Positions 17,871 through 28,800 are shown, counted from the stretch's first letter. The stretch: DNA of 35,472 nt from Candidatus Woesearchaeota archaeon (GCA_046538795.1 JBKHIF010000005.1:1-35472); one strand, 5' to 3'. Notes: generated from the letters alone by a model not told the origin. Program-made: numbers and translations.

Positions 17871-18300
17871 TGCCTGGTTTTTTGTCCCAATCGTCATCAA
17901 TCTCTTTATTGATCTCTTCTTTTCTTGATATTGATCTTTTCATTATTTCTCTTTTTTTCTTTTCCTTGTACAATGAATATCCAAGACCAAACATTGAGGT
18001 CGCAAACAATGCAAAGAGTATTATTGGATTTGCACTTAATATGAAGAGTATGTTTACGAGATTAAGCCCAAATATTGTAGAGAATAAAGGGAAAAGCCAT
18101 TCTTTTTTTCTGAGAAAACCATATAATTCTACTATGGCCAAAAATACAAGTCCTATTATATAGAACACTTCAAGAAGATATACATGCATATCAAGTTCAG
18201 GAAGTATCAGAAATATAAGAAGCAGGTTGAGTACAGATACTGAATATAAAAAAACAAACCTCATCATAAGCTGCTTTTTACTGAATGCTTCTCCTGACAT
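17854..18300 (-). CDS. Four-TM hypothetical membrane protein with charged C-terminal tail
   Basis: Four hydrophobic segments; follows aIF-1A on the same strand. Confidence 0.7.
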   Translation of the reverse strand: MSGEAFSKKQLMMRFVFLYSVSVLNLLLIFLILPELDMHVYLLEVFYIIGLVFLAIVELYGFLRKKEWLFPLFSTIFGLNLVNILFILSANPIILFALFATSMFGLGYSLYKEKKKREIMKRSISRKEEINKEIDDDWDKKPGIIYDE

Positions 18301-18360
18301 AAAAAAAAGAATATTTTTGTTCTATATAATATTTGTTGAGATAAATATTAAATTAATCTT

Positions 18361-18711
18361 TTAGAATTCTTCTTCTTCTTCAAGCCCTTTTAGAAGATTT
18401 CTCTGTTTCAGAAACTTGACCTGTGAAGGCTTGTACTTGAATATGACATCTCCTCTCTCATCTCCTGAAAGTTCCCATGGCTCGACAAGCACTATGTCTC
18501 CTTCTCTTATCCATAATCTTCTTTTCAGCCTTCCAGGTATCCTGCAGATCCTTGTCTTTCCATCAAGGCATCTAACTCTCATCCTGGAACCTCCCAGACG
18601 CTGCTCCAGAAGACCGAATGATTGATTCCCTCGAGGCATCTTTATTCTTCGGATTTCCTCGCGCTGCTGTTCCATCTGCCTCTGTTTTTCAAGTTCGTCT
18701 TTTTTACTCAT
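18361..18711 (-). CDS. eif1a: Translation initiation factor aIF-1A
   Basis: LGGSRMRVRCLDGKTRICRIPGRLKRRLWIREGDIVLVEPW signature. Confidence 0.97.
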   Translation of the reverse strand: MSKKDELEKQRQMEQQREEIRRIKMPRGNQSFGLLEQRLGGSRMRVRCLDGKTRICRIPGRLKRRLWIREGDIVLVEPWELSGDERGDVIFKYKPSQVKFLKQRNLLKGLEEEEEF

Positions 18712-18876
18712 GCAGATGACAAAAATCAGGATAGTTATATAAAGCTTTTGAAAATTTTATGTCTGAAAAAACTAATTTCGATGAATTTCATCTGCATTCT
18801 GTAAAAAATAATTTGTTGTATTGTGCATTTTTGCAAACGTTAATTATATAAATGAATTCAGCAGGTGATTATTTAT

Positions 18877-19440
18877 ATGGTTGATATGGAAAGCTACAAA
18901 AAACTGAATCTTCCTGAAAAAAAGAACTATCTTGTTCCTGCGTCTCCTTTAAAGAGGTTTGCTGCGCTTGTCATAGATATTTTTTTGCTGAACTTTGTTG
19001 TTATATCGCCATTTTCAGGTGTTCTAAGGAGAATAATACCAACAGAAAACATATCTTATGAATGGATACTTGCAAATTCTGAAGTAACTTCTATAATATA
19101 TGTACTAATGTTTTTCATAGCATTATTATCTTTGCTTTATTTTGCAGTGCTTGAATCAAGATTAGGCCAGACATTAGGAAAGATGATGATGAATATCCAT
19201 GTGATAAATCTTTCTGACCTAATTCGTTCCGGCGAAAAGCAAAAGACAAAAGCAAAGTCCATATCTGAAAGAAAGATTAGTTTTTTTCAGGCAGTTATAA
19301 GGAACTTGTTTGTTTTTCCATTTTTTCCTTTTGCTCTTTTGTGGATCATTGATCCGGCTTTCATGATATTTAGCAAAAACGGCCAGAGATTATCAGAACG
19401 GCTTAGCAAAAACATGACAGTTGAAGTTTTAAGCCAGTAA
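18877..19440 (+). CDS. RDD family membrane protein
   Basis: ASPLKRFAALVID, GQTLGK and QRLSE motifs; GGTGA RBS before ATG 18877. Confidence 0.88.
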   Translation: MVDMESYKKLNLPEKKNYLVPASPLKRFAALVIDIFLLNFVVISPFSGVLRRIIPTENISYEWILANSEVTSIIYVLMFFIALLSLLYFAVLESRLGQTLGKMMMNIHVINLSDLIRSGEKQKTKAKSISERKISFFQAVIRNLFVFPFFPFALLWIIDPAFMIFSKNGQRLSERLSKNMTVEVLSQ

Positions 19441-19469
19441 ATAAGATATTATAATTTTAGGGTGATAAT

Positions 19470-20387
19470 ATGAAAAAAAGCAGATGGGGAACTATAGCAA
19501 TAGTTTTGATCATACTCTTCATAACAGCATCTATAATATCAGGCATACTTTCTTTATTTACATCAGGCATGCCTGATCAGAGCGGAAATGTGCTTGTTAT
19601 ACCTGTTACAGGATCTATTGTCTCAAGCAGGGCAGAGACTTTGTTTGGAGAATCTCTTACTTCTTCAACAGCTATAATCTCTCTTTTGGATGATGTGTCA
19701 GAAGATCCAACTATTGAGGCAGTGATTTTTGAGATAAATTCAGCAGGTGGCGGAGCAGTTGCTTCAGAAGAGATCATGTCAAAGATAAAAACTCTTGAAA
19801 TACCTACTGTAGCAGTTATAAGAGATGTCGGTGCATCAGGAGCTTACTGGATCGCTTCAGCAACAGATCATATTATAAGCAATCCTTTATCCAGTGTTGG
19901 AAGCATAGGAGTAATATTATCTTATCTTGAGTTCGGAGATTTCCTGAAAGATAATAATGTGACCTATCAGAGACTTGTTTCAGGAAAATATAAGGATATG
20001 GGAACCCCATTCAGGGAGCTTACTGAAGAGGAGATCGAGATGGTGCAGCAAAGGCTTGACTTTGTGAAAACATACTTTATGGAATCTGTTGCAGAAAACA
20101 GAGGCATGGATGTTGAAGATATCGAGCCATTGAGCGAGGGACAGATATTCTTGGGATCTGAGTCTGTAGATCTTGGTCTTGTGGATGATCTTGGAAATAT
20201 CGATGATGCTAAGTTATACCTTGAATCTGTTCTTGATAAAAATGTTTCTTTGAGAAGGCATGTAGAACAGCGGAGCATTTTTGATGTTTTTGCATTAAAG
20301 AGCGACAGGAAGTTTTTCATGATGGGAAAGGGCATCGGTGAAACCATGTTTTCAGGAGATGATGCGTCTTTTGTTATAAATACATGA
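19470..20387 (+). CDS. sppA: Signal peptide peptidase SppA (S49)
   Basis: INSAGG, GASGAYWIAS, GSIGV, SGKYKD and GLVD-x-LG motifs; N-terminal TM helix. Confidence 0.93.
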   Translation: MKKSRWGTIAIVLIILFITASIISGILSLFTSGMPDQSGNVLVIPVTGSIVSSRAETLFGESLTSSTAIISLLDDVSEDPTIEAVIFEINSAGGGAVASEEIMSKIKTLEIPTVAVIRDVGASGAYWIASATDHIISNPLSSVGSIGVILSYLEFGDFLKDNNVTYQRLVSGKYKDMGTPFRELTEEEIEMVQQRLDFVKTYFMESVAENRGMDVEDIEPLSEGQIFLGSESVDLGLVDDLGNIDDAKLYLESVLDKNVSLRRHVEQRSIFDVFALKSDRKFFMMGKGIGETMFSGDDASFVINT

Positions 20388-20399
20388 TGACATGATTAA

Positions 20400-21872
20400 A
20401 TGGAAAACGCAAAAGATCCTCATAAAAGAAGAAACAGCAAGTGGTCTTTTTTCAGAGATAATGCCCACTACTTAATCTTGTTTCTTGTGATCATACTTAA
20501 TTTTCTTGGTTTTTTTAATCTTCTTCCGGATGAGATTGATTTTTTTGAAAAGATACTTTCGTGGACGCTTTTAGGGCTTCTTCTTTATCATGCAAGGCTT
20601 TCTGAGATTTTTTTTGGGGAGGAGCATCATGGTATTGATGTTCTTCTGATAATTAGCTATTTTTCGTTTGTTCTAAAAGACCTTGCTGCTTTTTCAATGA
20701 CTGCTATAGAAGAAGGAGGCAGCTCGCTTTTTTTAGAGACCTATATGTTCATACTTGATAATGTTGTGATATTTACAAGGGCAACTTTCATGTTTGGCCT
20801 CTCCATGCTTATTGTCCTTTCAGTCTATACTGCATTGAAAGTTCATTTTCACGTGCCTTCAATGATGCACATAATACACGAGGAAGGTAATTTTGATGGT
20901 TCTGCAAGAAAATTTCTTGAACGATTTTTTCTTACTTTTCTTGTTTTTATTGGTTTTTATCTGATTGTGTTTAACCTTATCTCAGAATGGCTTGCAATAG
21001 CTGTTGATGATCCTCTGCTTCTTTTGGGAATTATATTTTACATCTTTATGGGGCGAAAGCTTACCATGGGTACAAAGATAGAGAAGCTTGGAAATATGGG
21101 AGAAAGATTCTACAGCAATTTCATATCGATGTTCAAGTCAGAGAAAAAGATACTTCTTGCTCTCTCCGGCATGCTGGTTCTTCACATATTAACAGATATT
21201 GCAAATTTCATGATTCCTTATATCTTCGGACTTTCAGGCGGCTTTTATTCAGGTGGATTTACTGGAAGCCATGTTCCTGTACCTGAACTTCTGCGCACAG
21301 GTATCATACAGACAGGTCTGCTTTATGAAAAGATTGCTCTTGTGCTTGGCTATGCTTTCAATGTTTTTGGGATGCTCTTTCTTATGATCGGTCCTGCATA
21401 CATATGGTATAGGCTATACAGGCAGGAAGAGTTTGATGTTAGGGCTTTTGTCTTGTTCTTGTTTTTCATGTCAGTTTCTTTTTTTCTTATTGAGCCTGCA
21501 TTTTCAGTTCAAACCATGAATGTTGAAACTCATAATCTTTATGGAACAGATATTCTTTCAAAAGAGATATCATTCAATATTTTTGCTTTCGCTGCATCTT
21601 TATCTGTAGGAGTGATAGCATTTATCCTTGCAAGAAGCGAAAGGATAAGAAAATATTTAGTTATGGTCGGAGTTGCTGTGATACAGCTTTTTTTTCTGAA
21701 ATATATCTATCATTTTTTCATAGGCATCTCAGGATATTATATTGATACTATCAGGGGATTTGTAACTGCAGGGGACTGGTTTTTCACATCTACATTAGGT
21801 TTATTTTTCCTTATGACCTGTGCTTTTTATGTTGGTAGTTCTATTGTTTTTCTATATGAGACTTGGTCTTAG
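20400..21872 (+). CDS. Polytopic membrane protein of unknown function
   Basis: About 12 hydrophobic segments over 490 aa; no family motif recognised. Confidence 0.8.
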   Translation: MENAKDPHKRRNSKWSFFRDNAHYLILFLVIILNFLGFFNLLPDEIDFFEKILSWTLLGLLLYHARLSEIFFGEEHHGIDVLLIISYFSFVLKDLAAFSMTAIEEGGSSLFLETYMFILDNVVIFTRATFMFGLSMLIVLSVYTALKVHFHVPSMMHIIHEEGNFDGSARKFLERFFLTFLVFIGFYLIVFNLISEWLAIAVDDPLLLLGIIFYIFMGRKLTMGTKIEKLGNMGERFYSNFISMFKSEKKILLALSGMLVLHILTDIANFMIPYIFGLSGGFYSGGFTGSHVPVPELLRTGIIQTGLLYEKIALVLGYAFNVFGMLFLMIGPAYIWYRLYRQEEFDVRAFVLFLFFMSVSFFLIEPAFSVQTMNVETHNLYGTDILSKEISFNIFAFAASLSVGVIAFILARSERIRKYLVMVGVAVIQLFFLKYIYHFFIGISGYYIDTIRGFVTAGDWFFTSTLGLFFLMTCAFYVGSSIVFLYETWS

Positions 21873-24238
21873 ATGTTTTCTTTAGAATAAGATTTGGTTG
21901 CCATCTTGTTGAAGGCTCTATCAATAAGCTCTTTTGAGATGTCATCTTGTATTAATTCCATCCTGATTGTTTCTATATCTTCTCCAAGCCTTAGCTTGTC
22001 TTCAATCACAGATATTATTCTTTCTAATTCTGAATCATTCTTCATCCTTTTGCTGATTGCACTTATTATAGGTATTGTAATCAACCCTACAGCAGGTATT
22101 ATCAGAAGATAGTTTAGTATTTCCCATGAAATTCCAATAGGCCTCCCTATCTCTTCTGCTGTTATTATCGGGATAAATTCGCCAATGCAGGCCCTTGAGA
22201 GGCTTTTGGATACCTTAAAATCTATCTCAAGATTGCTGTTGATCTCGTCAAATATCCAAACTATTGTGTGCTCATCAAGGTTTTGATAGTTGTTGTTTTT
22301 GAATTGTATCTCTGATGCCTTTGATTCTGCGCATTCAGGAACTACAAAGTAAATTTTTGCATTATATAGGTGATTTCTTACATTTATCTGGAGCGATATG
22401 TTTGTTGCCTGTTCAAAATTAAGATATTGATTTTTTATGCTAATTGACTTTTTTGTTTCTAGATATTTTTCTTCAGAAAATTCACTGTCTATTTTCATCA
22501 GGTCGTCCAGATCTGGTTCAATCATGAGTGTTTTTCTTATATTATAGTAGCTCGTATTTTTTGGTTCTTGGTTTACCCTGAATGATTTCTCGCCTGAATA
22601 GGGGCCGCATTCTGTCCTTATAGTATTTTCTCCTGACCTGAACCAATACAAGAACCGGTCTTTTAGGATAAGCTCTTTTGTAGGTGAGTTTATGCTTATA
22701 GTGCAGTTTTCAAGCATCATGTTTGTATCTATATCGACTATGATATCTCTTTGGCTGTAAGAATCCTTGTCAGGAGATAATATTTTTACATATGGAGAGC
22801 ATTCGCAAGATCCATAAATCCCAGTATTTTGAATGCACTTTCTTTCTCCGACACAACCCTCAGGAGTCACGCATTTTAATGAGTCTCCATGGACGCAGGT
22901 TTCATTTATGTTTCTTGAGGCGTTTCCTTCTAATTTTTCGCACCTTCCGCTTATGCATTCATAGTTGGTTCCGCAGATTTTTCCACATGATCCGCAGTTG
23001 AAATTGCTTTTCATGATGTTTGTCTCGCAATCATCGCTTAGCTTGTCACAGTTTGCAAATCCATCCTGACATCTGTCTATCTCGCATTTTCCTTTATTGC
23101 ATCTCATTATGGTGTTTTCAAGAGGAATGCATGCATTTGCGCATTCTCCACAGTTGTTTGGATCAGTTACAAGGTCAGAGCAGTATCCGCTAGGACATTT
23201 TGTCTCGTTTTCACTGCATTCGAGCCGGCAGTTATCAGGATCATAAGAAGGGCAATCTTCATCAAAGCAATCGACTTTGCCGTCGCAATCATTGTCAAAA
23301 GTATCAGAGCAGATAGATTCTTTATTTTGTCTTGGCTTTTCAGGATTGCAGTCGCAAAAAGGATTTCCATTGTTTGGGAAGATCAGTCTGTTGTTGTCAT
23401 CGCAGTCGCCGCACTCAGAATCATAGCCGTCATTGTCATGGTCTGTTCCGACTTCTGTGCTTATTATTTCGTTCTGGCTGCATGTATATTCGATAAGTTT
23501 GCCATTTATGCTGCATCCATCTTCAATATCATTTGGTTTTGTGTTCCACTGTGTTGATCCGGGATCGCAGCATGATGTATCTTCAGGACATACCACTTTG
23601 AGCGTTATAGTTTCTGTAAACTCAGAATATTTTCCATCCTGGCTCCTGACCCTTGCAGATATTTCATGTTCTCCTAAATTGTCAAAGAAAATTTCTTTAC
23701 TTACTTCACATACGCTTGCAGCAGGACATGATTCTTTTGCGATTCCAAAATCAATCTCTGAAAGTGTTGAGTAATATGATGCTCTTGCACGAAATACTAT
23801 TCCTGAATTAAGATCTACCTCTGCGGTGCTGTCGATTCCTGCCTGAGAATTTCCTATCCTGAAAAATTGCACTTCAGGCTTGTTTGCTCCAATGGTTGCA
23901 GTTACTTCTTTTGTTTCTGAATTATCTGCCTGATCTTCTGCAATGATTTCATAAACATATTCTCCTTCTTCTTTTTTCTGGAATGTATTTGAGATTGTGC
24001 ATCCCATCTCGGAACATTCAGGAGAATCTTTTGCATATGTGTAGATCAAATTACCATCTTCATAAATTTTTAAAGTAGAGAAATCAGAGTCTTCATCGCT
24101 TGCGATTATGTTCATTGAATATGGTTCGTTTGTATCAGATGAGATGCTTTTTGGAGAAATATCTATTACAGGTGATGCTCCAAATACTGCATTAGATAGC
24201 ATTATAAGGATTATGTATATTATAGTAATATACTTCAT
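21869..24238 (-). CDS. Cys-rich surface protein with DxDxDG / DNDCDG metal-binding-type motifs and C-terminal TM anchor (paralogue A)
   Basis: Signal peptide; DHDNDGYDSECGDCDD, DNDCDGKVDC and NNCGECANAC motifs; TM helix then a short helical tail. Confidence 0.85.
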   Translation of the reverse strand: MKYITIIYIILIMLSNAVFGASPVIDISPKSISSDTNEPYSMNIIASDEDSDFSTLKIYEDGNLIYTYAKDSPECSEMGCTISNTFQKKEEGEYVYEIIAEDQADNSETKEVTATIGANKPEVQFFRIGNSQAGIDSTAEVDLNSGIVFRARASYYSTLSEIDFGIAKESCPAASVCEVSKEIFFDNLGEHEISARVRSQDGKYSEFTETITLKVVCPEDTSCCDPGSTQWNTKPNDIEDGCSINGKLIEYTCSQNEIISTEVGTDHDNDGYDSECGDCDDNNRLIFPNNGNPFCDCNPEKPRQNKESICSDTFDNDCDGKVDCFDEDCPSYDPDNCRLECSENETKCPSGYCSDLVTDPNNCGECANACIPLENTIMRCNKGKCEIDRCQDGFANCDKLSDDCETNIMKSNFNCGSCGKICGTNYECISGRCEKLEGNASRNINETCVHGDSLKCVTPEGCVGERKCIQNTGIYGSCECSPYVKILSPDKDSYSQRDIIVDIDTNMMLENCTISINSPTKELILKDRFLYWFRSGENTIRTECGPYSGEKSFRVNQEPKNTSYYNIRKTLMIEPDLDDLMKIDSEFSEEKYLETKKSISIKNQYLNFEQATNISLQINVRNHLYNAKIYFVVPECAESKASEIQFKNNNYQNLDEHTIVWIFDEINSNLEIDFKVSKSLSRACIGEFIPIITAEEIGRPIGISWEILNYLLIIPAVGLITIPIISAISKRMKNDSELERIISVIEDKLRLGEDIETIRMELIQDDISKELIDRAFNKMATKSYSKENI

Positions 24239-24305
24239 AGAGTTTTTTTATAGCTGCCGCATACTTAAAGTTTTTCATAATGCCTGAATCGTTCTCAATT
24301 TCATT

Positions 24306-25379
24306 TTAGAACTTGATATTATCAAGAACTGCGTGTGCAGAATTTGTTTTTTCTTGTTTCTGTACTTCTTTTGATATCATTCTGAATCTTAGATTTAGGA
24401 ATTTTGCTTCTTCATCAGACACTCTTGCAAATGAATCTGCATCTATTAGCCCGTAAGGATATCCCAGGAAAACAGGATCCTGCGACATAAGGGCAAGATT
24501 TCCTATGACTTTTTCAACATTTATCATGTTTTGTTTCTTGTAGATCTCAAAACGAAATATAAAGCCTGAATCCTTGTGAAGTCTTACAAAATAAATATCT
24601 GCGGGGTGAGATTTCTTGTTGATAGCAACACTTGGATGATAGTACCAGATGTCATCTCTTTCTTCAGAAAGTTTTTCAAGGACAGCTGAAACAGGATTTC
24701 CCTTTTTTGTAACAAGTGTTGTTGTCTTTGCAAGACCTGTTATAAGCACATGATTTTCATTACCAAGCTCAAGAAGTTTATTCAGATAAACATCCTCATT
24801 TGTCACAGACTGCTGCAATGTTCCGTCAAGCACTATCATGTCGCCTTTATCAAGATCAGTTCTGATAATTTCGCATGCGCAGGATAGTTCAGAGAATCTT
24901 CTTATTATGCCGGCTATCTTTTTTATTCCTGTATTAAATATACCATCTTTGAGTGTTTCGTCCTCGATGCTGAAAACAAGATCTTTTTCAGATGGAAGTC
25001 CGAAACTATTTTTCATAGGATGTATTTTTGTCCTGAAATGCATCTTGTTATTTTTTTGTTCAAGAAATACTTCTGAAAAAAATTCTGTTGTAATGCTCTT
25101 TATTTTTGTGAAATTATTGAATATAGTGTGATGTATTCTTATGAAATTGACTGTATGGCTGGGAGTTGATATGATCTCAGAATTACCACCATCTATAAAT
25201 GCAACCTTGATTTTTGATGCTTCTTTTCTTGCATGATGAAAATTTTCTTTAGAAAAGGGAATTGTCCTGTATGCCGGGTCAGAAAAATAAAGCTCATCAT
25301 CTTCTATCTCTATTTTTTTTGATGAGAATGATTCTGTAATCTTTTTGATTATTTGATCCATAAAACTCGATATGGACAT
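24306..25379 (-). CDS. nurA: NurA family 5'-3' nuclease
   Basis: AFIDGG, RRFSE, VLDGTL, GLAKT and GYPYGLIDADSFARV motifs. Confidence 0.88.
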   Translation of the reverse strand: MSISSFMDQIIKKITESFSSKKIEIEDDELYFSDPAYRTIPFSKENFHHARKEASKIKVAFIDGGNSEIISTPSHTVNFIRIHHTIFNNFTKIKSITTEFFSEVFLEQKNNKMHFRTKIHPMKNSFGLPSEKDLVFSIEDETLKDGIFNTGIKKIAGIIRRFSELSCACEIIRTDLDKGDMIVLDGTLQQSVTNEDVYLNKLLELGNENHVLITGLAKTTTLVTKKGNPVSAVLEKLSEERDDIWYYHPSVAINKKSHPADIYFVRLHKDSGFIFRFEIYKKQNMINVEKVIGNLALMSQDPVFLGYPYGLIDADSFARVSDEEAKFLNLRFRMISKEVQKQEKTNSAHAVLDNIKF

Positions 25380-25418
25380 TTGATATTAATAGTATTTGTT
25401 TATTATTGCTTGTGTAAT

Positions 25419-25436
25419 CGAAACATTTATAAATGT
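25419..25436 (+). promoter_or_regulatory. BRE/TATA promoter of the 5S rRNA gene (palindromic, possibly shared with nurA)
   Basis: CGAAACA-TTTATAAA with TATA at 25426-25433, about 24 bp upstream of the 5S start; lies within the palindrome ACATTTATAAATGT. Confidence 0.65.
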
Positions 25437-25456
25437 CCTGTTAATCTCTCCCTATT

Positions 25457-25564
25457 GAACGGCCATAGCAGCCTGGTTATACCTGTACCCGTTTCGAACA
25501 CAGAAGTCAAGCAGGCTACGTTCTTACCGGTACTCCGATCCGGGGGAAAGTAAGTTCGCTGTTC
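25457..25564 (+). rRNA. rrf: 5S rRNA (stand-alone, about 108 nt)
   Basis: Helix I GAACGGC/GCTGTTC; CCATAGC; ACCTGTACCCGTTTCGAACACAGAAGTCAAG loop C region; GTACT...GGGAA loop E; ends in a T8 tract. Confidence 0.92.
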
Positions 25565-25736
25565 TTTTTTTTCTTAACTCTTACTTTGCTGTTGCAAAAG
25601 CATACTCCCTGGTGCGTACGCTTTAAAGCTTTTAGTTTTATAGCGTACCCGGTTAACGTGTGAACCAAGTTTGGAGTTCCGGCGGGAAATGTAAGTTCGC
25701 TGTTCTTTTTTTTCTTAAATCTTACTTTGCTTTTGC
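25550..25736 (+). repeat. 46-bp direct repeat (44/46 identical) of the 5S 3' end plus trailer; copies at 25550-25595 and 25691-25736
   Basis: GTAAGTTCGCTGTTC-T8-CTTAA(C/A)TCTTACTTTGCT(G/T)TTGC occurs twice, 141 bp apart. Confidence 0.95.
25565..25572 (+). terminator. Oligo-T terminator after the 5S rRNA
   Basis: T8 run immediately after the 3' strand of helix I; repeated at 25706-25713. Confidence 0.6.
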
Positions 25737-25803
25737 TATTGCTTCATATATTTTTTTATTGATCTCGAAAAGTTTTATATATCATAATGTCAACAGAATA
25801 GTC

Positions 25804-28800
25804 ATGAACAAAAGTATTTGCAGGACTATTGTGTTTTGTTTTCTATTTTTTCTAGTAAATCAGGTTGTTTTTTCTGCTGAAGAGGCTGATGTGCGTGTCA
25901 ATAACTGCATATACGATGGTGATAATCCAATAACTACTGATTCTTTTCAGTTAAGGGTTAATGCTCAGATTTATGATTCTGCATATTCTGGTGTTTCTAT
26001 GTTCATGCTTAAGAATACTTTTGATGATATTTCTTACACAGGAAACTGCCGGTATAATAACTGTGTATGCAATGATGCATCAAATCTTTGTTATTATACA
26101 TTCAACATAGAAAATAATTTCATGGGCGACAGATGTGAAGGTTCAGTTACTGTTGAATTTATTCCTTATGCAAGGCTTAATGGAATGAGTACTATGATAG
26201 AAGGAGATTCATGTCTTGTCACTTTTGAAAAGCTTGATTCTGAAACCAGTTTTGAATATATTATGAGTTATCCGGATAACCATAATGAGTCTGTTTTTTT
26301 CAACCAGACATCAGAAAGTTATGTTGTTGAAGAAGGCAAAGAGTTCAATATCCGTATTTTCATGAATGATCAGGATGCGCTATTATCAGCAGAATTGCAC
26401 AGGTTTAACATCGCTACAAGTGAACTTGACATGATTGCTGAACAGGACTGTGGAGGAAGCAGGCACTGTCAGATTAATCATCAGGAAATGCTTTCAGAGG
26501 ATAGTTATACCTATAAGATTGTGGCTTATGATGTTTGCCAGAATGTTCATGAAGATTTCATAAATGTGGATGTTTTTTCAGGTGATTATGAGCAAGAAAA
26601 TGATACTTTTCAGATAGAGAGTTTTGAATGCCTGAACTGTGATAATTCACAATCCAGCATACGTGAATTTGAAGTTATAGTAAGCGAAATTGATGATTTA
26701 TTAGATGCTGGTTTAGATACATGCGATTCTTTATCTATTCTTCTTGATCCTGATACAGGAACTTTTATTGATGTATCTGCTCCGCAGTTTGATTTTTCTT
26801 CTGATCCTGAATCAGATGACAGCTGCATATACAGATTCTTTTATCAGGACAGCAGGCCTGGATTGAGAGATTATAAAGTAAAGGCCGTTTCTTCGCAGGA
26901 TGTTGAATCTGACTTAGTTGAGTTTTTATTTGAAATTAGTCATCCTGATGAAAATTCTCAAAATCATGGTGAGCAGATATCTGCTGAACTTGAGATAACA
27001 CCTTCTACAATTTCCCTGGGACGCCGTGCTGAGATGAGACTTTCTGCTGAAAGCACATATCTTCTTGAGAGCGCAGGGATTATCAATTCAGGAGAACTAT
27101 CATCAGGATCATTTGAATATCAGGAATCATGCAATCAGGATAATTATTGTGTTGTTGAGACTTCATTTGTTCCTGAAAGGCTAGGGACATATTCTTTTAA
27201 GGGTATTGTAAAGTCACTGGAAGGAAATCTAACTGATTCTGTTGTGAAGACTCTGACTGTAATTTGTCCTGAAAACAACCCGTGCTGTGAATCTGGAACT
27301 ACTATTATGTATGATCATCCTGTCTCTTCTGATGAAAATCATGATTTTTCAGGATGCAATAAGGATAATAGATATGTCTCCTGCAATTATTCTTATATGG
27401 TTGATTCTTCAGGAAACAAGATTCCTGGAATAAGCGTTTTTGAGTCTGGAACTGACTCTGATAATGATGGTTATGATTCTGAATGCGGCGACTGTGATGA
27501 TTCTAATCCTATGATAAATCCATCTTCTACAAATCCTTTTTGCGACTGCATGCCCAGTGTAACAGATAATCCGGCTGACACTTTCCAGGATTTAGATGGA
27601 ATCAGTCATTTTGATGAAAGCCTTGATTATGAATCAGGTGAATACTGTTCAGATGGATTCGATAATGATTGCGATGGAAAGGTTGACTGTTTTGATGAAG
27701 ATTGTTTCGTAGATGGTGTTATGGCAGATTCCTGTAATCTTTCATGCACTTTTCCTGAAGTGTTTTGTGATGGAAGATGCGTTGATCTTGATAATGATGT
27801 AAATAATTGTGGAGAATGCGCAAATGCGTGCGAGTCATATAATTCTTTGGACAAATGTATTGAAGGCGAATGCGTTAATGTAAGATGCAGGACAGGATTT
27901 GCTGATTGCGATAATATTTTGGGTTGTGAAGTCAATATATTCACTGATGAGAATAATTGCGGAGACTGTGGTGTTTCCTGCAGAGATGATGAAAAATGCC
28001 AAAGAGGATTTTGTGTTCAGTTATCTTCAGATAATTCTTTATCTGACAAAGATAATTCTGCTGGTGATAATCAGGGAAACAATGAAAACCGGCCTGATAA
28101 TTTTAATGAGTTATCCGGGGAAGATAAGTATGTTACGATCTTATCACCTATAAGCAAGGGCTATGACAGACAAAAGATACATGTAAAGATCGACACAAAT
28201 TATGATCTTTCTGAATGTGTTTACAGAGTTGGACAAAACAGCATTGTTTTTCAGAAAAAAGAATTCTTTCACAGGTTTCATTATGGGTCTAATATTTTTA
28301 TAGTGACCTGTGGCAATATTACAAAAAAAGTAAGGCTTACAGTTACAGAACCTGTTGAAACATCTGTAAATGTTGATATGGATCAGACCTACAGGGATCC
28401 TTCAGAAAAAAAAGAGCATGTTGAGACAAGAAAGATTGAGGAAATCGAGGTCAATAATATAATAGAGGAAGCGATTGTCGTTGTTAAGGAAAAGCCTAAA
28501 GATTCTGAGGGATTTGCAGAGGAGTTTGAAATAAAGAAAGTAAAACAAGAATCAACAAGAAACGTAACTAAGACAGAACAGTATTATTCTGTTGAAAATG
28601 AAGAGACTCTTCTTTCCACAAAAATCGTTCCTGATAATGAACTTAAGGATGTCGAGGTATATATTGAGTTTCCAAAATGTGCTGCTGAATATGTTGATGA
28701 GATTGAGTTTGAAAATGAGAATTATAAGATTGTTAAAGATGATCCTTTAGTAATGTGGCATTTTTCAGAAGTAAATGAAGATGTTGAACTTGAATATAAA

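Noticed and set aside
25353..25553. 66-aa ORF across the 5S region
   Set aside because: It overlaps the 5S rRNA gene and its promoter; spurious.
25550..25736. CRISPR array interpretation of the 46-bp direct repeat
   Set aside because: Only two copies, a 95-bp spacer, the repeat is the 5S 3' end with its T-tract, and there are no cas genes.
25660..25803. 48-aa N-terminal extension of the 1160-aa ORF
   Set aside because: It runs through the duplicated 5S end and T-tract; the TATA box and signal peptide point to ATG 25804.
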